Source: Bispira polyomma (lineage: Eukaryota). Taken from it: a stretch of DNA of 64,000 nucleotides. Each line of letters begins with the position of its first letter. The first letter of the stretch is position 1. The stretch spans positions 35,588,001 to 35,652,000 of the forward strand of contig OZ287751.1 in assembly GCA_965649765.1 (NCBI GenBank), given 5' to 3'. Position numbers and translations under genes: made by a program. Shown here piece by piece: positions 53,001 to 64,000 of this stretch. The notes beneath the pieces were generated by a model. The model did no database searches. It had not been told where the DNA came from and saw only the letters and a list, made by a program, of their open reading frames with translations.

Positions 53001-56000
53001 ATGAGGGAAGGGTATGCTTGGCACAGGTTGGTGGTTTTCAGTACACATACTGCTGGATCACTCCATTATTAAATCTGGCCTTCACATTAAGACCAAAGAA
53101 ATGACAAATGTGACATAAAAACCTAAAGAAATTTTAAATACTAAATACTTAAAAGAAACTTGCCAATTTCCATGAATCTCCTGGCTTTGTTCTTTATTCC
53201 CTGAGATCCCAAGCCAGCAGCAGTGAGATAATCCAATACGTAGATATTAGGAGCAAATGTCACCATATTTTGCTCACCACAGCCATAAGGCTTTATAATC
53301 AAGTGATCTAGGTTATTCACAGATGGTCCCATTACATCTCCTATATGTTTTAAACAACATTTGTTACAGTAGATCCTCTATTATCTAAATATTTTGGGGG
53401 AGCAAAATTACATTTAATTCCTATAGTTTTATATTAAAATGCCTATTCTATGTTATGAATTTTCTATTATAATACCAAAATTTTGCTCTCCCGACATGTG
53501 CAGATAATATAGGATATTATACTATATTACATTTTGAACAGACATTACAGGTTGTCATGCATCTTAATTTTGCAGGTGATTTATAAATACCTTTGTTATT
53601 CTGGATTATTATTATTATGAATTTTTAACGCGCTTAACTTCTACACGATTGAAACACTCAAACACTGTGTATATATTACCTATAGCAGTAATAATGATTC
53701 TCTCTGAACCTTCAACAACATCTCGTGGATACTGTATCTCGATGATGTCAGAATCTTTTTTATCATCCAAACCATAAAACAATCCCTTGCTATAATCACA
53801 TGGTTCCCCCTCAGCCTTCAAGAAAAAAAAACAAACCAGGTCTATTACCTCAATACTTACATTTAGTTTTATTAATCGATTTTTAGATAGAAACTATCCA
53901 CTTTTCTGAAATTCAAAGAGAATATGACAAATTTTTATAATATAGATTTTCAGTGCTCCTTATTGTAAATGTAAATATGTCTGGCAGCACGACATTTGGC
54001 AGCATAGCTAGTATGCTTCCTGAGGGAGCTGAGACTGAACAATTGGTTAACAAGTGTAAGAACCAAAGCTGATGATGTAAATTGTAAAGTCTGAGACTCC
54101 CGTATAGGTGATATCAGACTATAAACCTACACACATTTACATTTACAATAAGGAGCATTTCAAAACATTACACTACATATATACTACATGTTTTCGCTCA
54201 TTTCCAGTATTTTAGTCCCCTGAAAGTTTACCACATTATGTTTGACCTAAAATGGCAAGGCCTGATAGCCCACATGAACACAGCTACTACATGCCTGGAA
54301 GTATTGATTTTTTCACTGATCTTTTAAAGCACACTTGTAGAATATTCTATTCACACTTAGGATACTCACATATTCCCTGTACAGTACACTTTTGTGCTTA
54401 AATTTCATGAACATGTCAGAAAACTGACAATAATATTAATAGTAAACTGTGGTTGATTTAAGTGTTAAAGGATATTTAAAGTGGACAGAATTCTACCTCT
54501 AGGTGATTTCATGTGAACTTCTACAGCAAGATCTCCCAATTGTATAGGTTTAATGAAAAAGTTCACCTCTCTGCCATCATTAGCAGGCACCTAAAGGTCA
54601 ATAATTACAACTTACAGAACAAATATCAAATATTTGTGATTATACTTGTCATTTTGAGTTATATAATTTAAAATTTCACTTTAGTTTCACTACAAATAAA
54701 TGTTAAATGTATTGCAAATGGCAAACATGTCCTAAAACAATCAAGTACATGGTTTATACATTATATAATCTAAGCTTTAAAAGAAATATCAAGATGCCTT
54801 ATCACCTGGTTGTATATATATGAGATGGATTGTGCAAATATGTCATACATCCTGACAGAAGTTACGAAAGAATCAGCGCCACAATAATTTATTGAGACAT
54901 ACACTGAAGGTAGTAACCGAAAAAAAGAACAGTCAATAGATTATAGATTAATAATCTGGCATTTTGTGGGATGATATATCAATAGGACGCCATATAAATG
55001 CACAAGACTGTTAGAAACTCAAAGGAGCATGACATAATAGGTGTTTCAGCAAAAAACTTGAAATGAGTTCATAAACTTAAATACATGGATCGCAGAAGTT
55101 TGGAAAATAGAGTTTCTAATGTAGTTTTGAAAACATGGTAAATGTGTTAGACATGCCTAATCAAGTTAGGTCGAAGGAAAAGACCATGGTAACAAGCAAA
55201 CATAAAATTTTATTGGACAGATTACAGCTATGTTCAATGTAAAAACTAAATTTTGACTATTCTATTCTGTGGCCACATTTCACATTAAAAGTCAGTACAA
55301 CTACTATTATTCTAACTTATATTAGCCGAAAAGTTAATGAACTGGTTTACGATGTCAGAAATTTATACTTTCCAGTTGTTTGATGCTGAAATGCCACTTC
55401 TATTTTCAGAACCTGTTACCTGTTCTTGGATAGTTATACCTCAACTATATTCAAATTATAAGCACCTGATTAGATTAGATTACATTAGTTGTCAGTTCTC
55501 CATATCACTGATGAAAGTAAAGCTAAGTAAAATCTGACTGCATATTGGAACTCAGTGCTGAAAGTTCTTCTAAAATGAATGATTACATTTTGAATTTTTT
55601 AAATTTAAATTGGGATGTTTAATGTTCACTCTAGTCCTGTTTAGGTTATATTGGGATGGGTAGTTAGAAACCATGGAGGAAACGCTGCATACAGTTGATC
55701 AAGGTTCTGGACTGAAACCAGCGGCCCACAGTAAAGAACTACCACCTTTCCCACATAGGCATCGACAGGAGTCGACCCCATGCCAGCCGATCCCAGAGGT
55801 GAGAGACCAGTGGTTGTGAAGTGCAGTGCTTGCTGACCACTAGGCCACCGCGCCCCCCTGGTTACAAGTGTAATGAATTCATGTATCAAGGGACATCCCT
55901 GATATAGCCTTTATTTGCGTTAAGTGTGAATATGGGCCCCAGATATGAAATCATTACCTTTACTGTCTTGATGATGTGTTGGACTAATGTTGGTTCTATA

Positions 56001-59000
56001 TCACGTTTACCTTCAGCATAAAATGTCCCTTTATCTGACTCCATTAATGTAACAATGATCTGTCAGGTATAGAGATAAGAATAGAAATTAGGATACTTTA
56101 GAAACATGAAAACAACATTTTATCTACCTGTTTCTCATTAAATCTTATAGGCCTAAAAACATTCACCTTAGGACTTAATCATGTTTCAGAGTTTATCTGA
56201 TTATGACAAGGTCACTGGTTGTACTCTTGTGGCTTAATGGTTGGAGAGTTGGTTTGGTGAATAGCAGGTTCCCTGTTTGACTTCCGGTCTTGGAAGCTGG
56301 TCTGGTGATAAAAAGTTCACCAGTTCAACTCATTGCACTATGTTCACTGGGAAATAACATCCTTGGACAAGATGTGAACACGTCATTGCCTAATGTTTTA
56401 GATGACCACTTAAAATGGCAGTCCTCTGTCATCAGGTCCTATTCCCAGTGGTAGACTAAAGAACCTTGGGGACATTGAGAAGTAGTTATCCCCAAGAATG
56501 TCTCTTCAGTTAATGGAGTTATAGTTAGTTGATGCCGATTGGCTGTTAGCAGTAAAAGAGTATGAGATAAATAAATAGAGTGTAAATTTAATTACAAAAC
56601 AAAATTAGATCTAATTGTTTAAGCATATGTCATCTGATTACTGCGCATGCACCTACAACACGTAAATATAGTTTGTTACGAATGCAGGGGTTGAAAAAGA
56701 GTCGCAAGTTAAAGGTAATGTCTAGTTTCCTATATTTTTGCTCACGACAATGCTCTGAAATTTTATTTGTACTTTACTTATTTATAACGAAACAATAAAA
56801 AAAGGTACAATAGCACGTTACAATATTCAAGTTACTAGTGTACTAACATATCACACAGGTAATTTACTGAAGCCTTTACAATGCAGAGAAAATTAAAAGT
56901 GATTTAAATTAGAAGCTCAATTGACATTAGAAATAACTTTACAATGATGCACACAATAAACAAAATCTTTCTTTCAATATAATAGATCTACCTTAATTGG
57001 TATATACATTTTTTTCTAATTTGAGTTTCCACTTTAAGGTTCTTAAAAATTGTAGAAAAACTAAATCCTAATTATTCTTTTTGGAGTTACATGTACAATA
57101 TTTTCGAATGAATCGTACATGATTGATCATAAAATAATACTTTATGTCAAAATTTATAACGCCAAACATTACTTGCGAAACAGCTCTAAAATCTTACAAT
57201 TACCAGTACTTTTGCAAACGCCATTTTTATATAATCTAAATTATATTGAAGTTCATGTGCCAATATTATACTGCATATAATAAATCTTCCACTTGAATTT
57301 CTTCTAGTTTCATATTGTTGTGAACGTGCACACTGTGTATTTTGATGCCTTGATTTGTAAGAGCTCGTCAGTTAGCTACAGTCATTGACAATTTTTTATG
57401 AATGGAACCGTGTAGTATTCCCTTTATGCATGTACACTATGTATGGACTCGTGATATATTCTGAGCATGTGCACTGTTATCCTTGCAAACTAGGAAGTTA
57501 AGTACTCTGACTACTATGTAAAAAGCGAAAGTTTATTAATTACTCTTTCTGCATATGTAATTTTTAAACTTGTAGCTTCAGTGACTTCAGTGATTTTCTT
57601 CTGAAAATACTTTCATCGTTAATCTGCCTTGAATTGGTACATTAACAAATATTACTGATTTCTAACATCCAGGCTTCTACATCTTTTACAACACAAATAA
57701 ATGCTAAGAGTAAAATAAATTATACTTACTTGCAGTGACTGCCTGAAATTTGTTGTTTCTATATAACTATGTTTTAATAGAATATTTGTATGGGTTTACT
57801 AGAGTATATATCAATAGATTGGATTGGAAGTGTGCATAATTTTCTGCCAGACAGAAAATGTCAAAAAAATAAATGGTAAAGCAGCTTATGAAAACATTGA
57901 AGAAAAGATCGTATCAGGTTCTGGAAAATTGCATAACCATTTGAAAGCTTAACATTGATGAGCTCCCTATTGCTATCGAGACTTAACAAAAAGTCGGCCT
58001 ATACTGTATATTTCTACCAAACTGAGACTATAGATCCAAACAACTTCTGAGAATAGCTTCTTGACAAGCCAAAAGGACCGGACAGCTCCACACCCACTGT
58101 AAAAAAGCTGGTCATGTCACTTCCGGTGACTTAATGGACCGTAACAAAAAATATACTCCTAGTATCGCCAGTATGGTTATTGGGGGATAACATCCTTGTG
58201 GAAGATGTGAACACACCATTGCCTACCAACGACATCCAATTTGGTTATATATTAGAATCATGATTATTTGTCGATTGATTCTGATGGTGCGGTTTAGAAG
58301 ATGCTAGACAACAATAGGCTCATTAAAGAATCCACCATAAAAAATATATCTTCTGTATGGTCTCCTGTGACCTACTGGTTTGGGAATTTGCTGTCAGGCG
58401 GTAATGCCATATAATCAGTAAAATATTAAATTTCGACTCTGGGTGACAAGCAAACAAACCAACACACACAGTTGAAAATATAACCTCCTTGGCAGAGTTA
58501 AGTAGATGAGATAATATGTGACGTACTGTTTGCTTGGTATCTAGATAATTAAAAACAACCGCTCGAAGTTCCAGGATTTCATTACGAATGGCAGAAAATG
58601 GAAGTCTAAGATCTGTGAAGCAGGACTTGAACACAACCAACTGAAACGTATAGAAGAATATGTGGGTATAGACAACATATTAAAAAACCATGAAACACAA
58701 TTCTTGGGGCTATATATTTAATGTGAATACAAACTTAAAATTTGCATTTTTGAAAGCTTAAATTAAGGTTATAAATATGTGAAAGTCCATGCACATTTAT
58801 TTAACATTACACTTGTGAATACAGATGTTATTTAGAACTTTTAAGTCAACTATGATTTTGAGGACTAATCACCTAAGGAGAGTTTGAGCTCATATCGCTT
58901 CTAAGTTAGAATTTATTCATTGCATACCAGCACCAGAGTTGATCTGTGTGATTAGAGGGTCCCCAGTTCAACACTCACTAAAGAAGTAATGGTTAGTGAG

Positions 59001-60489
59001 GGAAAACATTCTAGGGCAAGAAGCAAACACAATTGCCTTTGTGATGGCAATCAATGCTATGTTTTTTTATTCTTGGATATAAATTTGGTTGGATTTTACG
59101 TCGTTTTCAACAGCATATCATATAAACGATGAAAGGCAATGGTAATGAAGCACTGTGAACCACTGACCTTATGGCAAGTACCTGACAAACTGGTTTAGAG
59201 CCATTGACAAAAGACCACCATTTTAAGTGGTCAATCAAGACACTGTGTATTTGCTTGTATCTTGGAACTCCAGTCTGGGATCGAACTCTAATCCTGTGTG
59301 TTGCCAACCAAGAGTGTTACCAACTAAACCACAATGGCAACTAAATAAGATACTTTTAATGATATCAATATGACTCTACCTCTGTTGTCTCATCCATTAT
59401 TCCCAATCCAGAGTTTTTATTGATTGAAAATGCACTGAACACCCACGATGTGATAGTATCTGGGGCTTCAACATTGGTTGATGCCAGGCCATTTTTACTG
59501 AAATATATATAGATATGTATGTATTGGTCTTTCATACAGCAACATAATTAAGGCAATATGAAGTATAAAAAATTCAAATGAATCCATAATTTGACCTATT
59601 TCAAAAGTTTGCATGACTGAAGTTGTACAAAAATCCAACAAAGCGAACTAAAACTAAATATAATTCAAAATCTACTTATTCAACAAGGTTTACACACCAT
59701 AGTCAGCTCATAATCGTGGTATGTGTTATACAAAGATTATCATACCTTAGAATCCGCCAGTGATTTTTATTTTTGTTTAATTAAATTTTTTTCATACATT
59801 TCTTATAACCTGAACTTCTATTAATTCGAATATTAGATTTTATGCGACTTATTTCCCACTCTCACAATTTTATACTTTCTCTACTGTTTTAGACTAAAAT
59901 GAATCTTCTATTTTACAAACCTTCTTTTAGCTGTTTGGATAATAAATTAAGGTTCTACTTTATTTAGAAATTTGGTTGTTCACTGACTCTGTAAAAAAAG
60001 TTCATCCATAGCCATGTCTCTGGGAATATGTCCCTTATATCCTCAGCCTCAAATGTTTCCTCATTACTGTCCACAAATGGTTCAGGACTAGGATCCTCAG
60101 GAGCGATGTTTGGGGGGGGGGGGGGGGGGGGGGGAGTAATGAATTCGTGGTCCCAAGCAAGTTTGACGTCTGTACCTTCTGGACGAGCTAGGTGACCACG
60201 GAATGCAAATACCTGTATGTAAATTTAAATAAAGCTGTTTTGGTTACCATAAAAATTGCCCATATCCATAAACAATCTTAAATAGACAATGCAAAATGTT
60301 TTTACTAGATCATTGTGAACAATAAAGTAAGTTATAGTAAATTTAAATCTAAATTTCACTACACTGAAGGAAGTATGTTTAAAAAATTCTTTACAATAAT
60401 AATATATTCTTTTTTATGAAATAAAACAAAAACATACCTGGTGGTTCATTGTGGATGTATGCATCAGTTAAAACATACAGGCCAGCATT
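34883..60489 (-). CDS. TEP: Thioester-containing protein gene (CD109/iTEP-like, A2M/C3 superfamily), partial: 17 exons traced
   Basis: Manually translated exons with AG acceptors and GT (one GC) donors follow TEP domain order: [124 protein letters not shown]. Most junction phases match. Confidence 0.95.
35525..36088. mobile_element. MITE with 40-bp TIRs
   Basis: TAGAAGCGTTTATCAAATGATGATCCTAATTTAGGCATAT at 35525-35564 and its near-perfect inverse at 36049-36088. Confidence 0.85.
36963..37069 (-). CDS. TEP exon [35 protein letters not shown](V)
   Basis: F.L...VKVC pattern at the start of the receptor-binding domain; phase 0/2 fits neighbours. Confidence 0.85.
38505..38573 (-). CDS. TEP exon [23 protein letters not shown]
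   Basis: A.GTG.ALVQ motif; cag| and |gtaag. Confidence 0.92.
39040..39195 (-). CDS. TEP exon [16 protein letters not shown]...ADIFQQFQ
   Basis: [10 protein letters not shown] continues STQ in phase 0. Confidence 0.94.
39455..39635 (-). mobile_element. L2-type LINE 3' fragment
   Basis: SFSHYAP...[15 protein letters not shown]. Confidence 0.65.
40020..41098 (+). pseudogene. Harbinger DDE transposase (HARBI1-like), with internal deletion and stops
   Basis: [62 protein letters not shown]. Confidence 0.92.
41294..41550. repeat. Tandem repeat, ~38-bp unit, about 6-7 copies, between the Harbinger ORFs
   Basis: AAATGTTCAAG(T/A)TA(A/T)ACACCAAAGG(T/C)CAA... repeated. Confidence 0.85.
41829..43240 (-). 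pseudogene. Harbinger accessory MADF/Myb-like DNA-binding ORF; two exons (about 43076-43240 and 41829-42480), decayed
   Basis: [21 protein letters not shown] | [41 protein letters not shown]; gtaag/ttag intron boundaries. Confidence 0.75.
44351..45295. repeat. Minisatellite, 31/33-bp unit CTCTATACACAAATAACCTATACTCTGGT(AT)CT, about 30 copies
   Basis: Directly visible head-to-tail array. Confidence 0.97.
46010..46480 (-). mobile_element. Old L2/CR1-type RT fragment
   Basis: [35 protein letters not shown], with stops. Confidence 0.7.
47249..48272 (+). mobile_element. Helentron-associated (HINE/DINE-like) non-autonomous element with an internal ~120-bp tandem array
   Basis: About 5 diverged ~120-bp units (47340-47990), a (GGC)n microsatellite and a terminal hairpin CCACC...GGTGG. 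Confidence 0.6.
48286..48494 (-). CDS. TEP exon (D)GKVHWE...[12 protein letters not shown]...[19 protein letters not shown]
   Basis: VEMTAYALL-like and GGFxSTQ-like motifs; inside ORF 48046..48561. Confidence 0.95.
48801..48981 (-). CDS. TEP exon [38 protein letters not shown]...LESLAIKQ
   Basis: YLE...Y.L.L..Y.L helical motif; inside ORF 48757..49140. Confidence 0.9.
49427..49543 (-). CDS. TEP exon [39 protein letters not shown] (catalytic-residue region)
   Basis: VI-x-S-x-LQGG and SLTAYV motifs; aag|GAA and TAT|gtaagt. Confidence 0.94.
51660..51783 (-). CDS. TEP exon [41 protein letters not shown]
   Basis: WLTAFV-like and Q..DGSF motifs; canonical splice sites. Confidence 0.94.
52569..52644 (-). 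CDS. TEP exon [25 protein letters not shown](W)
   Basis: Conserved thioester-domain motif; phases 1/2 match neighbours. Confidence 0.95.
53164..53340 (-). CDS. TEP thioester exon (G)[38 protein letters not shown]...FMEI(G)
   Basis: Intact GCGEQ at 53270-53284; donor G|gcaagt (GC-type). Confidence 0.97.
53365..53526. mobile_element. Short TACAGT-type MITE; related pieces at about 4480-4965 and 21080-21470
   Basis: TACAGTAGATCCTCTATTATCT...GGGAGCAAAATTT / AAATTTTGCTCTCCC...AGATAATATAGGAT. Confidence 0.6.
53680..53815 (-). CDS. TEP exon [45 protein letters not shown](G)
   Basis: AEG...P.DVVEGSER motif; aag|GCT and G|gtaat. Confidence 0.93.
54497..54590 (-). CDS. TEP exon [31 protein letters not shown](G)
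   Basis: VPxxDG..V.F.I.P..LG motif; 3' boundary uncertain and out of phase with the next exon. Confidence 0.85.
55590..55858 (-). mobile_element. tRNA-derived SINE, family A copy 3
   Basis: Reverse complement of the same consensus. Confidence 0.9.
55958..56059 (-). CDS. TEP exon [34 protein letters not shown]
   Basis: cag|ATC...AAG|gtaatg; phase 0/0; expected position. Confidence 0.8.
58527..58640 (-). CDS. TEP exon [38 protein letters not shown]
   Basis: Resembles the LxLPYSVxRGE...VFNY motif; phase 0/0. Confidence 0.92.
59380..59497 (-). CDS. TEP exon [39 protein letters not shown]
   Basis: PDTITSW and GLG motifs of the A2M family; canonical splice sites. Confidence 0.93.
59988..60212 (-). 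CDS. TEP exon: variable (bait-like) region plus [10 protein letters not shown]
   Basis: cag|GT...GA|gtcagt; FPETWLW motif; frame disturbed at a G23 run (60112-60134) and an A7 run (59993-59999). Confidence 0.85.
60438..60489 (-). CDS. TEP exon [17 protein letters not shown](G)
   Basis: ag|AAT...CCAG|gtatgt, 52 nt; matches the conserved TEP NAGLxVLTD motif. Confidence 0.85.
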
Positions 60490-62689
60490 CTTTTACACAA
60501 AATACAACAATAAATTCAAAAGTTTCATACTTGATAAAGTCAAATTACAGCCTACCTAAAATTATAAAGTACTATTAGATGAATGACATGTTTTATAAAA
60601 GTGCCTTTATAAAAGTGGTTGAGATAGCAACAAAGTATCAAATTTTGGCATATCAATCAAAAATCAATCAGCTCTCAATCAGTTGATTATCAACCAATTA
60701 ATCTCAAAATAAACTGGCGTCCAGACCTTACTAAATTTGATAAATTTCATTGAGCTATGACAAATACTCTTTGATAAAACCTGGCAACCAAGCACTTTTA
60801 GACCCCCAGGGTCATGTGACATTTAAGCAGGTCAAAGCCTAAGCGAGGACCCAGACATGAAAACAAATATGCACCCTTTCTAAGGAAAGCTTAGCTAATA
60901 AAGATATCTATAAAGTGTGACACATACCCTCCCCTCCACACCCACCCCTATGCTAAACTGATTTTTTAGATCAATTATTTTCAGTTAATCCAGGTAACTT
61001 AGATATAAGTAAATCAGAGACACTTCAAGATTACAAAAAACAAAAAGGACAGGATTTATTTCAGCTTCCCAGATTTATTACCCAACGCTGCGTCAGATAT
61101 GATCATAAAATGTGGAAAACAACCTATGGGAAACACTACTAATAAGATTAAGGTAACCTCAAAGTAGCAGCTTCAAGGTTGACAACAAAAACACTCAATA
61201 GACTCCAAAGACCAAAAAGGATTGTGTCCAGGCTCATATATACGGGGACGGGTAAAACCAAATATAGTTTTCCTCATCAATGGGAACAGACTAGACATGT
61301 TACCATCCATCTCAATACTGCTTTGAGCAAGGACTCGTATATGTATTCAGATTTTACATATCAGAAAATGTCAGAACATGAGATTATTGTGATTTTAAGA
61401 CTTTTCAGACTATTATGACTTGAAGTTTAAGACCTTTGATAAATATGGTCCCACAAGGGTATAGATAGGTTTAGCTTGATATTTGATATATATACACTAT
61501 GCATTGGTCATAAAACTGTAGTCTCCCATGGCCATTTGCAGTCTATGGAAAAGGTGTCTTTGGGAACCTTTAAATGTTTTTTTCCTCCCCCTCCCCTGCT
61601 GTGTGCAACATAAATCTATCAGCACCATGTCTGGATAGTTTAAATTTATGACCTAGCAGTGGTAATTTTGGTGTAAGATACATAAAATATGCTATATTGC
61701 CTTACCAAAGCTTTTACATAATAAATTATTTTTTCAATAATACACTGGATACACTTACAAATTAATGTAATTAACTTTAAAACTAAAAACATCAATGCAC
61801 ATTTAATGAAACATTTCTTGTGTTAACTTTGAAACCAATATATATCTTGAGCATACATTTCATAACTTACAGTAAATCTAAGCAGGAAGATACTCTACAA
61901 TTTTCAGTATTCAACATTGAGTTGTGGTTGATTTGTATGTACACTTGTAAAAAGAGACAGAGTAAAATTCTGCATACACTCACTCCATAAGCTCCCTAGT
62001 TTCTTATAAAATCTTATTTTATCATATATAAATATCATGGCAGCTCAATACATGTCAAAATACACCTCAGTAGTTTAGAAAAAAAGTACAACTTTCATAT
62101 AGCAAATTTAAACCACTAATGCATGTCCATTATATTTCTTTATAAATTAAGATGTCTTAATAAACCTAACATAACAACTTTATACATGAATGCAATAAGC
62201 TTGCAAAGAAAACAGACTATTAAAATAATATTAAAACCACCTATATCAGAGCATCACTTTTTCTTAACTATTCTCTTGACTAATATCTGTCTAATGTCTT
62301 GACTAATATCTGTCTAAGGTCTCGATATATATGAGGTCTTGGGTTTAATCCCAAGAGTTGGCCAACACACAAATTGGATTGATAAATGATGGCGACCAAT
62401 GATATGCAACGGGACTATCCCTTCTTAAATAATAAGCACCTCAAGATTTGATATAAATGCTTAAAATTATTTTTTTTTATTGACTTTTTTTGTTCGACAA
62501 ATACTACAAAAGTACAATACACAATGCACAACACAATACACAATACAATACGCAATGCAACATACAATACAATACACCATACATAAGACGGTAATTACTG
62601 GCTCTAAAAGATAACAATTTTTACATAATTATCATAATATTTATAAATGACACTATGTTCTTTGACAAAGGTACACACATTAACCATTT

Positions 62690-64000
62690 AAATATATGAT
62701 ATGAAATTATTTTTTTAAACTTATTTGAAATCATTTAAACATTTTCAAACAACTTTTGCGACACTTCCCAACTTTTCATAAATTTTGCATTCATAAAATT
62801 AATCTCTATTTTTATTCCTGAAACTTTCTCATAATCAACTTTTGAAGATAATATATGTTTAAACTAAAAGTTTTTTTAGAACACCAATGTATATAAAACC
62901 TTGTTATTATAAGTATAAAATTTAAAGGCCAAAAATTTTCATCAAGATTATAATAGCCTAAATTTTTTGTTGAGTAGCTGAGTTCTATATCTATGGCCAG
63001 TTTGTTACGAATCTACTGTTGAACATTTTCCCATACATCATTCACATATGGGCAATGAATAAACAAATGTATCAGTATCAGAAACCTTTATTTTGTGTAA
63101 ATATTCTTTAGTATCCAATATGTTAAAGATGATTTTATTTTGAACCCTAATAATCGTGTTTTTCTGTGTGGCCTTGAAGCAGGCTTTGAAAAAATTCATC
63201 CATATATTATCTTCATTGGAAATATTTAACCTACCTGAACATTTTGATCTACATTGAGGAAGCTGTTTATCAGTTTCACAAAAGACTGTATAAAAATCTT
63301 TACTGGATTTGGATAGTACTTTTAGGTGAAATGGTAAGGTAGGTCTACAATACGAGAAGTTACTATCATTTTTAAATTTTTTTATAAAAGTTTTTACTGA
63401 TAACTTTACTCTATAGTAGTATAGAATATTCACAGTAGTATTATACAGTCTATTTATTTTATTATGACTAATGATCATTTCTTTTGAATTTATTACATCA
63501 CCAACAAAATTTATTCCCTTTTTATACCAGTTTGTGAAAAATAAAGTATGTTTTAAAGTTTGGCTATTGTACCATAAGCACGACTCAGAAATTTCCGTAT
63601 TTGAAGAAACAGTTTTTATTTGACATAAATATGCCCAGTGTCGAAATACTTGGGCCCAGAAAGCATTGGTTCCAATTTTAGATACTGTGGTACACCAATC
63701 ACCACCTGGTGTTGCTAATTTTTTTAAATTACCATATACTTCAGTTGGTATAGTACTCCATAAAGATTCTTTTTGGAACAATATTTTTCGCAGCCAAGTT
63801 ATTTTTAATGACTTTTCAAAGTGGTAGACATTTATCATTTTAGACCCCCTTCAAAGTAATTAGCACATATTGTATTCTTTTAACTTTATCAGGTTTTTCA
63901 CTCCACAGGAATTTATACATTACATCATTGATTTGTTTTAGGAAACACTTCGGTGTTGGTAAAGCTGTGAGTAGGTGAATGAGTTTTGATAACAATTTTG
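62690..64000 (-). mobile_element. L1/Tx1-type LINE ORF2 3' part, running off the window end
   Basis: ORF 63038..63838 with SLKITWLRKI, LWYNSQ, NWYKKGINFVGD; similar to the 31610-32345 fragment; (TATTG)n-like microsatellite at about 62510-62580 downstream. Confidence 0.85.

Noticed and set aside
54360-54425. Candidate for the missing TEP micro-exon ([18 protein letters not shown])
   Set aside because: Wrong phase, no TEP similarity, and overlaps a repeat also present at about 51455-51550.

Overview
AT-rich animal genomic DNA, probably a marine invertebrate (inferred from the repeat families), with an assembly gap at 6013-6145. The main gene is a multi-exon thioester-containing protein (TEP, CD109/iTEP-like, alpha-2-macroglobulin/C3 superfamily) on the minus strand. 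I traced 17 exons from 60489 down to 34883; its 5' part lies beyond the window end and its last exons were not found. It has an intact GCGEQ thioester motif, Tyr instead of the catalytic His, a probable multibasic RRYRR processing site, a GC-AG intron and several single-base frame disruptions. The rest is mostly transposable elements: a near full-length, decayed Ngaro-like DIRS retrotransposon (8582-13946) bounded by a 5-bp GGCCT duplication; a hAT element with a perfect 8-bp TSD that splits the RT motif of an L1/Tx1-type LINE and itself carries a SINE and a MITE; a two-ORF Harbinger remnant; L2/CR1 and Gypsy fragments; tRNA-derived SINEs; MITEs; and tandem arrays, one with higher-order structure. 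I found no CRISPR array and no convincing wholly new system. The best leads are the atypical TEP and the end structure of the DIRS element.
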